64,000 bases of DNA, taken from positions 17,403 through 81,402 of the forward strand of contig VGBO01000002.1 in the NCBI GenBank assembly GCA_016870475.1. Direction: 5' to 3'. This document shows, piece by piece, positions 31,849 to 40,645 of the stretch. The DNA comes from Actinomycetota bacterium (lineage in GTDB: Bacteria > Actinomycetota > Acidimicrobiia > Acidimicrobiales > CAIXPF01). The first letter of the stretch is position 1. Each line of letters opens with the position of its first letter. The notes beneath the pieces are model-generated. The model saw nothing but the letters and a program-made list of their open reading frames with translations. It was not told where the DNA came from and did not search any database. The translations under genes and the position numbers were made by a program.

Positions 31849-32661
31849 GTGCCCGCCAAGTACCTCACGGTCGAGGGGATCGCCACGTTCCTCCACCACC
31901 GCGGCCCGACCACCCTGCCCGGAACCCCGCCGGATCTCGGCGCCGGCAGGACCGTGGTGTGCCTCCACGACGCCGGGGCGACCGGGAACTCCTTCGCCGG
32001 GGTGCTCGACGCCCTCGCCGTCGCCCACAGCCCGATCGCGTTCGACCTCCCCGGTCACGGCCGGTCCGGCGAGCTCGACAGCCTCGCCGACATCGGCCGC
32101 ATGGCCGGCCACACCCGGGCGGTGTTCGATGCGCTCGGGGTGACGCGCCCGGTCGTCCTCGGTGACGGCATGGGGGTCGCCGTCGCCGTCGAGCTCGGCG
32201 CCGGTGACGCACCGCCGGTGGCCGCCGTGGTGGTCTGCGGCGGGGCCGCCACCACCTTCCCCGCCGCCGCGGCCCAGGCCGCCGAGTTGCGCCTCGTGAC
32301 CGCCGGACGTGCCCGTCGGGAGTTCGACCGCTCGGGGTACGCGCCGGACACCCCGCGTGAGGTATTCGAGCGGGCATTCGCCGACTGGGTCCGCACCGAC
32401 CCGCGGGCGACGGTCGGTGACCGCGACGCGCAGGCCGCATGGGACGCGACCGGCCGTCTCGCCGGGGTGGGCGTGCCCGTCCTCGTCCTCGTCGGCGAGC
32501 ACGAGGAGCCCGCCTCGGTCGACGCCGCCCGGGCGCTCGCCGACGGCGTGCCCGCCGGCCGCCTCGTCACGATCCCCGGCGCCGGGCGCCGGGTGGTGCT
32601 CGAGCAGCCCGCCACCGTCGCCACCGAGATCGACCGCTTCCTGGGGGAGGTCCTTCGATGA
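31849..32661 (+). CDS. Alpha/beta-fold protein with degenerate catalytic triad (probable pseudo-hydrolase)
   Basis: 'VVCLHDAGATGNSF' and 'DLPGHGRSG' support the fold. The elbow reads 'VVLGDGMGVAV' (Gly at the Ser position), and the His site reads 'IPGAGRRVVLEQP' (Arg in place of His). Confidence 0.7.
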   Translation: MPAKYLTVEGIATFLHHRGPTTLPGTPPDLGAGRTVVCLHDAGATGNSFAGVLDALAVAHSPIAFDLPGHGRSGELDSLADIGRMAGHTRAVFDALGVTRPVVLGDGMGVAVAVELGAGDAPPVAAVVVCGGAATTFPAAAAQAAELRLVTAGRARREFDRSGYAPDTPREVFERAFADWVRTDPRATVGDRDAQAAWDATGRLAGVGVPVLVLVGEHEEPASVDAARALADGVPAGRLVTIPGAGRRVVLEQPATVATEIDRFLGEVLR

Positions 32662-33818
32662 GCATCTCCGGCAAGGCGGCGATCGTCGGCGTCTACGAGC
32701 ACCCCACACGCTGGGCGCCCGACGCGACGGAGTTCCAGATCATGGCCGAGTCGGCCCGCGGTGCCCTCGCGGACGCCGGCCTGACCCTCGCCGACGTCGA
32801 CGGCCTGTTCGCCGCGTCGATGACCATGGGCGCGATGGGCACCATCGAGCTCGCCGAGTACCTGAACCTCAAGCCCGACTACATCGACGGCACGAACGTC
32901 GGCGGGTCGAGCTTCGTCGCGCACGTCACGCACGCCGCAGCGGCGATCAACGCCGGGCTCTGCGAGGTCGCCCTCATTCTCTACGGGTCGACGGCGGCGT
33001 CGAGCTCGGTGGCGATCGGCACGGGGATGTCGCACGGCAACCGTGGCGCACACGAGTCCTTCACCTCGCCGTACGGGCTCACCACAGTCGGCAGCTACGC
33101 GCTCGTCGCCCGACTCCACATGGAGCGCTACGGCACCACGCCCGAACAGCTCGCCGAGATCGCGGTCACGATGCGGCGTCACGCCGGACTGAACCCCGCC
33201 GCGAAGATGCGGGCGCCGATCACCGTCGACGACGTGCTGTCGAGCCGCATGATCTCCGACCCGCTGCACCTGCTCGACTGCTGCATCATCAGTGACGGCG
33301 GCGGCGCGGTCGTGGTCACCTCCACCGAGCGGGCCCGCGACCTGCGGAAGCAGCCGGTGCTCGTGCTCGGGTGCGGCGAGGCCGTCGCGCACCCCGAGAT
33401 CGGTTCCCCCGACCTGCTCACCGTCGCCGGTGCGCAGTGCGGCGCACGGGCCTTCGCCATGGCGGGCGTCCGGCCGACGGACATCGACCTCGCGATGGTC
33501 TACGACAGCTTCACGATCACCGTGCTCGCCACGCTCGAGAACCTCGGGTTCTGCGGACGGGGCGAGGGTGGGGAGTTCGTGTCCGGCGGGCGCATCGGCC
33601 TCGGCGGCGAGCTCCCCGTCAACCCCGACGGCGGTGGCCTGTCGAACAACCACCCGGGGATGCGGGGGATCTTCCTCGTGATCGAGGCGGCCAAGCAGCT
33701 CCGCGGCGAGTGCGGCGACCGTCAGGTCGCCGGCGCGAAGCTCGCGGTCGCGCACGGTACCGGCGGAACGCTCGGCGTCTCCCACAGCGGTGCGACGCTC
33801 GTCCTGGGGGTGGAGTGA
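32658..33818 (+). CDS. SCP2/Ltp-type thiolase-fold protein lacking the nucleophilic Cys
   Basis: ATGA overlap with the upstream gene. 'GTNVGGSSFVAHV' sits where thiolases have C-A-(S/T)-G. 'VYDSF' sits where SCP2-thiolases have HDCF. 'NPDGGGLSNNHPGMRG' is present. Confidence 0.8.
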   Translation: MSISGKAAIVGVYEHPTRWAPDATEFQIMAESARGALADAGLTLADVDGLFAASMTMGAMGTIELAEYLNLKPDYIDGTNVGGSSFVAHVTHAAAAINAGLCEVALILYGSTAASSSVAIGTGMSHGNRGAHESFTSPYGLTTVGSYALVARLHMERYGTTPEQLAEIAVTMRRHAGLNPAAKMRAPITVDDVLSSRMISDPLHLLDCCIISDGGGAVVVTSTERARDLRKQPVLVLGCGEAVAHPEIGSPDLLTVAGAQCGARAFAMAGVRPTDIDLAMVYDSFTITVLATLENLGFCGRGEGGEFVSGGRIGLGGELPVNPDGGGLSNNHPGMRGIFLVIEAAKQLRGECGDRQVAGAKLAVAHGTGGTLGVSHSGATLVLGVE

Positions 33819-34237
33819 TGGCCGATCTGCAGCATCCGCTCGTGTACGCCTCGTGGGAGACCCGTGGCTACTGGGAGGGCGCCGGACGCGGCGAGCTCGT
33901 GCTCCAGCGTTGCGAAGCCTGCGGCACCGTGCAGCACAAGCCGCGGGCGATCTGCGCGACCTGCTTCGCGGACGCACCCCGGTCCTTCGTGGCGTCGGGC
34001 CGTGGCACCGTGCACACCTACACGGTCACCCACCAGAACCAGCTCCCGCCGTTCGCCGCCGCATGCCCCTACGTGATGGCCTACGTCGAGCTCGAGGAAG
34101 GCCCGCGCCTGCTCACCCACGTCGTGGGCTGCGACCCGACCGAGGTCCGCGTCGGCATGCCCGTCGTGGTGGACTTCCAGCCGCAGGAGCGCACCGACGG
34201 CGAGGTCTTCGGTGTGCCGAGGTTCCGCCCCGCATGA
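33818..34237 (+). CDS. DUF35 OB-fold/zinc-ribbon protein (thiolase partner)
   Basis: TGATG junction with the upstream gene. Zn ribbon 'CEACGTVQHKPRAICATC' and OB region 'VMAYVELEEGPRLLTHV'. Confidence 0.85.
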   Translation: MADLQHPLVYASWETRGYWEGAGRGELVLQRCEACGTVQHKPRAICATCFADAPRSFVASGRGTVHTYTVTHQNQLPPFAAACPYVMAYVELEEGPRLLTHVVGCDPTEVRVGMPVVVDFQPQERTDGEVFGVPRFRPA

Positions 34238-34860
34238 TCCTCGACCTGCACACGCACTCCATCCGCTCCGACGACGGTCGGGCGAAGGTGGAGAACTACT
34301 GCCAGTGGATCCGCAAGAAGGAGATCCCCCTCGACGGGTTCGTGCTCACCGAGCACCGCCAGTTCGACGACGACTCCGACTACCGGGGGCTCGAGGACCG
34401 CTACCAGCTCCTCATCCTCAAGGCGTCGGAGGTCGAGACCGACTACGGGCACGTGCTCGTGTTCGGGGTGAACGACGACCTCCGCCAGGAGTTCGACTTC
34501 GCCCGCATCGACAACCCGATCGGGGAGGTCCTCGAGGCGGCGAAGCGGTGCGGTGCGGTCGCCGCGCCGTGCCATCCGGGCCGCCCGAACGTGGGGCTGT
34601 TCGCCCACTACGAACGCAAGCCCGAGGTCGAGGGCATCGAGCTGATCGAGGTGTTCAACGGCGGCAGCCGACCCGGCGAGGACGACTGGTCCGTGCGCGA
34701 GGCGGACGCCCGTGGTTGGGCGGGGTTCGGGGGAAGCGACTCCCACATCGTGAGCCGCATCGGCTTCTGCGCGACCGAGTTCGACGACGACATCCGAGAC
34801 ATGGACGGTCTGCTGACCGCCCTGCGATCCAAGCGGTTCGTGCCCCGCACGTTCCGCTGA
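34234..34860 (+). CDS. PHP-domain metal-dependent phosphoesterase
   Basis: ATGA overlap with the upstream gene. 'MILDLHTHSIRSDDG', 'VLTEH', 'PCHPG' and 'GGSDSH'. Confidence 0.8.
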   Translation: MILDLHTHSIRSDDGRAKVENYCQWIRKKEIPLDGFVLTEHRQFDDDSDYRGLEDRYQLLILKASEVETDYGHVLVFGVNDDLRQEFDFARIDNPIGEVLEAAKRCGAVAAPCHPGRPNVGLFAHYERKPEVEGIELIEVFNGGSRPGEDDWSVREADARGWAGFGGSDSHIVSRIGFCATEFDDDIRDMDGLLTALRSKRFVPRTFR

Positions 34861-34879
34861 GAAGGAGCGAGGTTCCGCC

Positions 34880-35320
34880 ATGGGCGTGACCATCGAAGAA
34901 GCCCGCGCCGACTGGGTCGGCGTGGAGTTCGAGACGGCGCAGTACACGATCGAAGAGGCCGACCTGCTCGACTGGGCGACCTCGGTCGAGGAGGCCGACC
35001 CGCGCTTCGTCGACCCGACCCGGGACGACTTCCAGGCGCACCCGACCTACACGGCGAGCCTGACGAGCTTCCGCATGCTCCCCGACGGCTTCCCCGAACT
35101 CGGCAACGGGCGCGGGATCGACGGGGGCAAGGCGGTCACGAGCCTCGCACCGGTCCGCCCGGGCGACGTGCTCACCGGCCACAGCCTGATCGCCGACATC
35201 TACGCCAAGACCGGACGGTCGGGCACGATGATCTTCATCGTGCACCGGGTGAACTTCGAGAACCAGCGCGGCGAGCAGGTGTCGACCGTCGACTCGCGCA
35301 TCATCCGCAACTCGGACTGA
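34880..35320 (+). CDS. MaoC-N/FAS1-like hot-dog dehydratase subunit
   Basis: Track ORF with the typical 'PTYTASL...' and 'GTMIFIVHRVNFENQRGEQVSTVDSRII' hot-dog sheet. It is paired with the next gene. Confidence 0.75.
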   Translation: MGVTIEEARADWVGVEFETAQYTIEEADLLDWATSVEEADPRFVDPTRDDFQAHPTYTASLTSFRMLPDGFPELGNGRGIDGGKAVTSLAPVRPGDVLTGHSLIADIYAKTGRSGTMIFIVHRVNFENQRGEQVSTVDSRIIRNSD

Positions 35321-35332
35321 GAGGACGCTGCG

Positions 35333-35734
35333 ATGCGATTCGAGGACGTCGAACTCGGCGACGAACTGCCCGAGCGCCACCCGGATGTCTCCCTCGAGCG
35401 GGTGCGCACGTTCGTGCGCGCCGGCCACCACGACTTCCCGCGCTTCACCGACCACGAGGTCGCGAAGCGCGAGGGCCTGCCCGGCGCCGTCGTGCCCGGC
35501 ATCATGAGCCAGGCCCTCCTCTCCGCGATGATCCACGACTGGGCGCCCGGGTCGAGGATCCGCTCCCTCGACACCGTGTTCCGCACACCGATGATCGTGG
35601 GCACCAAGCCGACGTGCCGTGCCGCGGTGACCGACGTCGACGACGACGCCCGGACCGTCGAGCTCGACATCACGATGACCACCGAGGACGGCGTCACCTC
35701 CGTGCTCGGCACGGCCGTCGTCGAGCTCGACTGA
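35333..35734 (+). CDS. MaoC-like hot-dog (R)-hydratase subunit
   Basis: 'FVRAGHHDFPRFTDHEVAKREGLPGAVVPGIM' followed by a C-terminal hot-dog sheet. Confidence 0.75.
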   Translation: MRFEDVELGDELPERHPDVSLERVRTFVRAGHHDFPRFTDHEVAKREGLPGAVVPGIMSQALLSAMIHDWAPGSRIRSLDTVFRTPMIVGTKPTCRAAVTDVDDDARTVELDITMTTEDGVTSVLGTAVVELD

Positions 35735-35750
35735 CCGTCACCACGGCGGC

Positions 35751-37058
35751 TCAGAGGGCGGCAGCGGTCGCCCGTCGCTGGCTGAGCGCGAAGCTCATCG
35801 CCCCCGCACCCACGGCGAGCAAGCCGCCGAGGTAGAACGCCGGCGCGTACTGCTCGGAGACGTCGTGGATCCACCCGGCGAGCTGCGCGGCGACCGCGGC
35901 ACCGATCATGTGCAGGAAGATCACGAACCCGTACAGCGTGGGCACCGACCGGGGCCCGTAGCGCTGGGTGATCACCGCGATCGTCGCCGGGACGGTGGCG
36001 ATGTAGTCGAGTCCGAACACGATCGCGAAGCCCGACAGGAACGGTGCGGTCGACAGGAACGGCAGCAGCAACAGCGACATGCCCCGCGCCGCGTAATAGC
36101 CCGCGAGGAGCAGGCGCGGCGGGTAGCGGTCGCACAGCCACCCCGACGCCACGGTGCCGACGACGTTCATCGCCCCGATGAGGGACAGCAGGTTCGCCGC
36201 CTCGCCGGTGCTGTAACCGTGTGCCTCCGTGGCGTGGGGGATGAAGTGGTAGCCGATGAGCCCGATCGTCGTGAACCCGCACACGAAGAAGCTCGCGGAG
36301 AGCAGCCACAGATCGCCGGTGCGCATGGCGGTGCGCAACGGGACCGGGGGGATCTCCGAACCGGCCGGTGCCGCACCCGCTCCCCCGCCGAACGGCGTGA
36401 CCCCGGCCTCGCCCGGGCGGGAACGCAGGAGCAGCCAGGCGAGCGGGACGACCGCACCGAGCAGCAGCACGACTCCCCACAGGGCGACGCGCCAGCCGGA
36501 CGTGTCGGTCACCCAGGCGGCCGCCTTGATGAGCAGGAGCTGACCGGCGGACGCCGCACCGCCGAGGATCCCCGCCACGAGGCCGCGGTGCGACGAGAAC
36601 CAGGTCGTGGCGACCACCCCGCCGATCACGAGCGCCACCCCGCCCGTGCCGAGCCCGACGAGCACCCCCCAGGCGAGGTGGAACTGCCACAGCGACGTCA
36701 TCGTCGCGGTGGCCGCCGCCCCGGCCGCGCCGATGAGGAGGAACCCGACGACGGAGCGCCGCAACCCGAACCGGGTGAACGCCCAGCCCGACAGCGGACC
36801 GGACGCCGCCATGACGAGGAGGGACACGGCGAGCGGGGCGGAGACCGCCGAGCGGGACCAGCCGAACTCGTCCTCGAGCGGCCGGATGAACACCCCCGCC
36901 GCCGACCGGGCGCCCGAGGCGATGAGCACGACGAGGAAGACGACACCGACGACGACCCACGCGTAGTGGACACCGAACCGTTCGGCGAGGCGGGCCACGG
37001 TCGGCCGTGGCGTGTCGCCGGTCGGAGCGGACGACGGGAGGGGTTCGGCGCGGGGCAC
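35751..37058 (-). CDS. MFS transporter
   Basis: Only the 3' ~435 codons of the 1609-aa track ORF are protein-like, with 12 hydrophobic segments ('WVVVGVVFLVVLIASG', 'LLSASFFVCGFTTIGLIGYH', 'GFVIFLHMIGAAVAAQLAG'). The start is GTG 37058 or GTG 36998. Confidence 0.8.
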   Translation of the reverse strand: MPRAEPLPSSAPTGDTPRPTVARLAERFGVHYAWVVVGVVFLVVLIASGARSAAGVFIRPLEDEFGWSRSAVSAPLAVSLLVMAASGPLSGWAFTRFGLRRSVVGFLLIGAAGAAATATMTSLWQFHLAWGVLVGLGTGGVALVIGGVVATTWFSSHRGLVAGILGGAASAGQLLLIKAAAWVTDTSGWRVALWGVVLLLGAVVPLAWLLLRSRPGEAGVTPFGGGAGAAPAGSEIPPVPLRTAMRTGDLWLLSASFFVCGFTTIGLIGYHFIPHATEAHGYSTGEAANLLSLIGAMNVVGTVASGWLCDRYPPRLLLAGYYAARGMSLLLLPFLSTAPFLSGFAIVFGLDYIATVPATIAVITQRYGPRSVPTLYGFVIFLHMIGAAVAAQLAGWIHDVSEQYAPAFYLGGLLAVGAGAMSFALSQRRATAAAL

Positions 37059-37115
37059 GACGGGAGGGTACCGGGGTGCCACCGAAGGGCGCACACGCCG
37101 GTAGCCTCGACGCCC

Positions 37116-40100
37116 GTGACCGACTTCTGTGACCGCATCGCCCGAGGGGTCGTCGTCTACGACGGTGCCACCGGTACCTACCTGCAGGGCGTCGGCCTCA
37201 CCGCGGACGACTTCGGCGGCCCCGCCTTCGAGGGATGCAACGAGATCCTCGTAGAGCGGCGACCCGACGTGATCCTGCAGATGCACCGCGACTACTTCGA
37301 CGCCGGCTGCGACGTCACCGAGACGGACAGCTTCGGTTCCTTCGCCGTGCCGCTCGGCGAGTACGGCATCGCGGACCGCGCCTACGAGCTGAACGCCCGG
37401 GCCGCCGAGCTCGCCCGTCGGGCTGCGGACGAGGCGATGGCCGCCGACCCGTCGCGGCCCCGCTTCGTCGCCGGGTCGATCGGGCCGGGCACGAAGTTCG
37501 CCTCCCTCGGCCAGATCACCTATGCGGATCTGCGCGACGCGTACGAGATCCAGAGCCGCGGCCTGCTCGACGGCGGATCGGACCTGCTGATCATCGAGAC
37601 CCAGTTCGACCTCCTCGGCATCAAGGCGGCGATGGCGGGGGCGCGCGTGGCCATGGCGGCGGTCGGCCGCGAGGTGCCGATCCAGTGCCAGATCACGATC
37701 GAGACGACCGGCCGGATGCTGCCGGGCACCGAGATCGGCGCGGCGCTCGCGGCGATCGACCCGTTGCGGCCCGATGTGTTCGGCATCAACTGCGCGACCG
37801 GTCCCGCCGAGATGGGCGAGCACCTCCGCTACCTGTCCCAGCACGCCCGCATGCCGATCTCCTGCCTGCCCAACGCCGGGTTCCCCTCCGTCGTCGACGG
37901 CCGCATGCACTACGACCTCGGCGACGACGAGCTCGCCGCCCACCTCGCCCGCTTCGTCGACGAGCTCGGCGTGCGGGTGATCGGCGGCTGCTGCGGGACG
38001 ACACCGGCGAGCATCCGCCGCATCGTCGAGGTGTGTCGCGACCGCACCCCGGCCGAACGGCACCCCGCGCACGAGGCCGGCGCGGCGTCGATCTACAGCT
38101 TCGTGCCGTTCGAGCAGGACAACTCCTTCCTCATCATCGGTGAGCGCACGAACGCGAACGGCTCGAAGAAGTTCCGGGACGCCATGCTCGAGGCCGACTG
38201 GGAGACCTGCACCCAGATGGCCCGTGACCAGGTGCGCGAGGGCGCCCACGTGCTCGACGTGTGCGTCGACTACGTGGGCCGCGACGGCACCGCCGACATG
38301 GACGAGATCGCCCGCCGGTTCTGCACGCAGTCCGCCGTGCCGATCGTGTTGGACTCCACCGAACCCGAGGTGATGGAGGCCGGCCTGCGTTGGATCGGTG
38401 GGCGGGCCATCCTCAACTCGGCGAACCTCGAGGACGGCGAGGGGCCGGGCTCGCGGCTCGACCGGGTGTTCAGCCTCGCCAAGACCTACGGCGCGGCGGT
38501 GATCTGCCTGCTCATCGACGAGGAGGGCCAGGCGCGCGACGTCGAGTGGAAGCTGCGGGTCGCCCATCGCCTCCACGACATCGCCACCGGGCAGTACGGC
38601 CTCGAAGCGTCCGACCTGATCTTCGACGCGTTGACGTTCCCGCTCTCCACCGGTGACGACGACCTGCGGGGCGACGCGCTGGCGACGATCGAGGCGATCC
38701 GACGCATCAAGGCGGAACTGCCCGGGGTCGCCACGACGCTCGGCGTGTCCAACGTCAGCTTCGGCCTGTCGCCTGCGGCCCGCCACGTCCTCAACAGCGT
38801 GTTCCTCGACGCGTGCGTCCGCGCCGGACTCGATTCGGCCATCGTGCACGCCGGCAAGATCGTCCCGCTCAGCCGCATCCCCGAGGAGCAGCGCCGGGTC
38901 TGCGACGACCTCGTGCACGACCGGCGCGACCCCGCCGCGGGGTACGACCCGCTGCAGCGGCTGCTCGAGGTGTTCGCCGGCGTCACCGTGCAGCGCGGTC
39001 CGACCGAGGACCGTTCTGGCTGGCCGGTCGATCGCCGGCTCACGCAGCGGATCATCGACGGCGACCGCGACGGTCTCGACACCGATCTCGACGAGGCGCT
39101 CGGCGCGGGCACCGACCCGCTCGACCTCGTGAACGGGCCGCTGCTCGGCGGCATGAAGGTCGTCGGCGACCTCTTCGCCACCGGTGAGATGCAGCTCCCC
39201 TTCGTGCTCCAGTCCGCCGAGACGATGAAGACGGCCGTCGCCCACCTCGAACCGCACATGGAACGGGTCGAGGGCGAGTCCACCGCGAAGGGCCGCATCG
39301 TGCTCGCCACGGTGAAGGGCGACGTGCACGACATCGGCAAGAACCTCGTCGACATCATCCTCACGAACAACGGCTACGAGGTGCACAACCTCGGGATCAA
39401 GGTCGGCATCGCCGAGATGGCGGACCGGGCGGTGGAGGTCGACGCGGACGCCATCGGCATGTCCGGTCTGCTCGTGAAGTCGACGCTGATCATGCGCGAC
39501 AACCTCGAGGAGTTGAACGCCCGGGGCCTCGCCCACATCCCGGTGCTGCTCGGCGGCGCGGCGCTCACCCGCAGCTACGTCGAACGGGACCTGCGCGAGG
39601 TCTACGACGGCCGCCTGTTCTACGGGAAGGACGCGTTCGAGGGTCTCCGGGTGATGGACCGGCTCGGCGAGATCGCCCGCACCGGCGTGGACGACCCCGA
39701 CTTCGGTCGCGTGCCCACCGGCCGTGCGCTGCCCGAGCGCTCCCGGCTCCGGGACCGCAGCGGCGACGCCCCGCCCACCGTGCGGCGCTCCCCCGCCGTC
39801 GTCGACCTCGAGGAGATCCCGCGTCCGCCGTTCCTCGGGAGCGCGGTCGTCAAGGGGATCCCGATCGACGACATCGCCGCCTACCTGAACGAGACGGCGC
39901 TGTTCCGCAACCAGTGGCAGTTCCGGCCCGAGGACGGCGAGGACGACGAGGCGTTCAAGGCGCGCGTCCGCCCGACCCTGCGCGACCAGCTCGCCACCTG
40001 CAAGGCCGAGGACCTCCTCGTCCCCCAGGTCGTCTACGGGTACTTCCCCGTGAACGCCGACGGCGAAGACCTCATCGTGTGGACCGACGAGACCCGCACC

Positions 40101-40610
40101 GCCGAACGCACCCGGTTCCGGTTCCCCCGCCAGGCCGAGGACCCCTTCCTGTGCATCTCGGACTTCCACCTCCCGGCGGACGGTGACCGGGTCGACTACG
40201 CGGCGTTCCACGTCGTGACCATGGGTGAGCGGATCTCGACCTCGTGTGCGGAGCTGTTCGCTGCGAACCGCTACCAGGAGTACCTGCTCCGCCACGGCAT
40301 CGGCGTGGAGATGGCCGAGGCGCTCGCCGAGTACTGGCACACGCGCATCCGCGCCGAATGGGGCATCGGCGACGAGGACGCGCCGAACCTCGCCGGGCTG
40401 TTCCGCCAGCAGTTCCGCGGCGGTCGCTACTCGTGGGGCTACCCGGCGTGCCCGGACCTCGAGGACAACGCCCGGGTGGCCGAACTGCTCGGGGCGGACC
40501 GCCTCGGCATCGTCGTCTCGGAGGAGACCGGTTGGCAGTACCAGCCGGAACAGACCACGAGCGCGATCCTCTGCCACCACCCCCGGGCCAAGTACTTCGT
40601 CGCCCGCTGA
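37116..40610 (+). CDS. metH: Cobalamin-dependent methionine synthase
   Basis: GTG at 37116. It has an Hcy-binding domain ('VVYDGATGTYL', 'IGGCCGTTP'), a pterin-binding domain ('IIGERTNANGSKKF'), the B12 motif 'GDVHDIGKN' and an AdoMet activation domain ('YSWGYPACPDLED'). Confidence 0.96.
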   Translation: MTDFCDRIARGVVVYDGATGTYLQGVGLTADDFGGPAFEGCNEILVERRPDVILQMHRDYFDAGCDVTETDSFGSFAVPLGEYGIADRAYELNARAAELARRAADEAMAADPSRPRFVAGSIGPGTKFASLGQITYADLRDAYEIQSRGLLDGGSDLLIIETQFDLLGIKAAMAGARVAMAAVGREVPIQCQITIETTGRMLPGTEIGAALAAIDPLRPDVFGINCATGPAEMGEHLRYLSQHARMPISCLPNAGFPSVVDGRMHYDLGDDELAAHLARFVDELGVRVIGGCCGTTPASIRRIVEVCRDRTPAERHPAHEAGAASIYSFVPFEQDNSFLIIGERTNANGSKKFRDAMLEADWETCTQMARDQVREGAHVLDVCVDYVGRDGTADMDEIARRFCTQSAVPIVLDSTEPEVMEAGLRWIGGRAILNSANLEDGEGPGSRLDRVFSLAKTYGAAVICLLIDEEGQARDVEWKLRVAHRLHDIATGQYGLEASDLIFDALTFPLSTGDDDLRGDALATIEAIRRIKAELPGVATTLGVSNVSFGLSPAARHVLNSVFLDACVRAGLDSAIVHAGKIVPLSRIPEEQRRVCDDLVHDRRDPAAGYDPLQRLLEVFAGVTVQRGPTEDRSGWPVDRRLTQRIIDGDRDGLDTDLDEALGAGTDPLDLVNGPLLGGMKVVGDLFATGEMQLPFVLQSAETMKTAVAHLEPHMERVEGESTAKGRIVLATVKGDVHDIGKNLVDIILTNNGYEVHNLGIKVGIAEMADRAVEVDADAIGMSGLLVKSTLIMRDNLEELNARGLAHIPVLLGGAALTRSYVERDLREVYDGRLFYGKDAFEGLRVMDRLGEIARTGVDDPDFGRVPTGRALPERSRLRDRSGDAPPTVRRSPAVVDLEEIPRPPFLGSAVVKGIPIDDIAAYLNETALFRNQWQFRPEDGEDDEAFKARVRPTLRDQLATCKAEDLLVPQVVYGYFPVNADGEDLIVWTDETRTAERTRFRFPRQAEDPFLCISDFHLPADGDRVDYAAFHVVTMGERISTSCAELFAANRYQEYLLRHGIGVEMAEALAEYWHTRIRAEWGIGDEDAPNLAGLFRQQFRGGRYSWGYPACPDLEDNARVAELLGADRLGIVVSEETGWQYQPEQTTSAILCHHPRAKYFVAR

Positions 40611-40645
40611 GCGGTATGCTCGGGTCGGCGAACAGGGGGTCCACC

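Noticed and set aside
37059-37115. Possible cobalamin or SAM riboswitch upstream of metH.
   Set aside because: Only ~58 nt separate the divergent MFS and metH starts, which is too short for either riboswitch. MetH is the B12-dependent enzyme and is not normally B12-riboswitch controlled.
35751-40580. A 1609-aa minus-strand ORF, the longest in the track.
   Set aside because: Only its last ~435 codons (the MFS transporter, 35751..37058) look like protein. The rest is Arg/Gly/Asp/Val-rich and lies exactly antisense to the well-supported metH gene. It is a stop-free shadow frame, typical of ~70% GC DNA.
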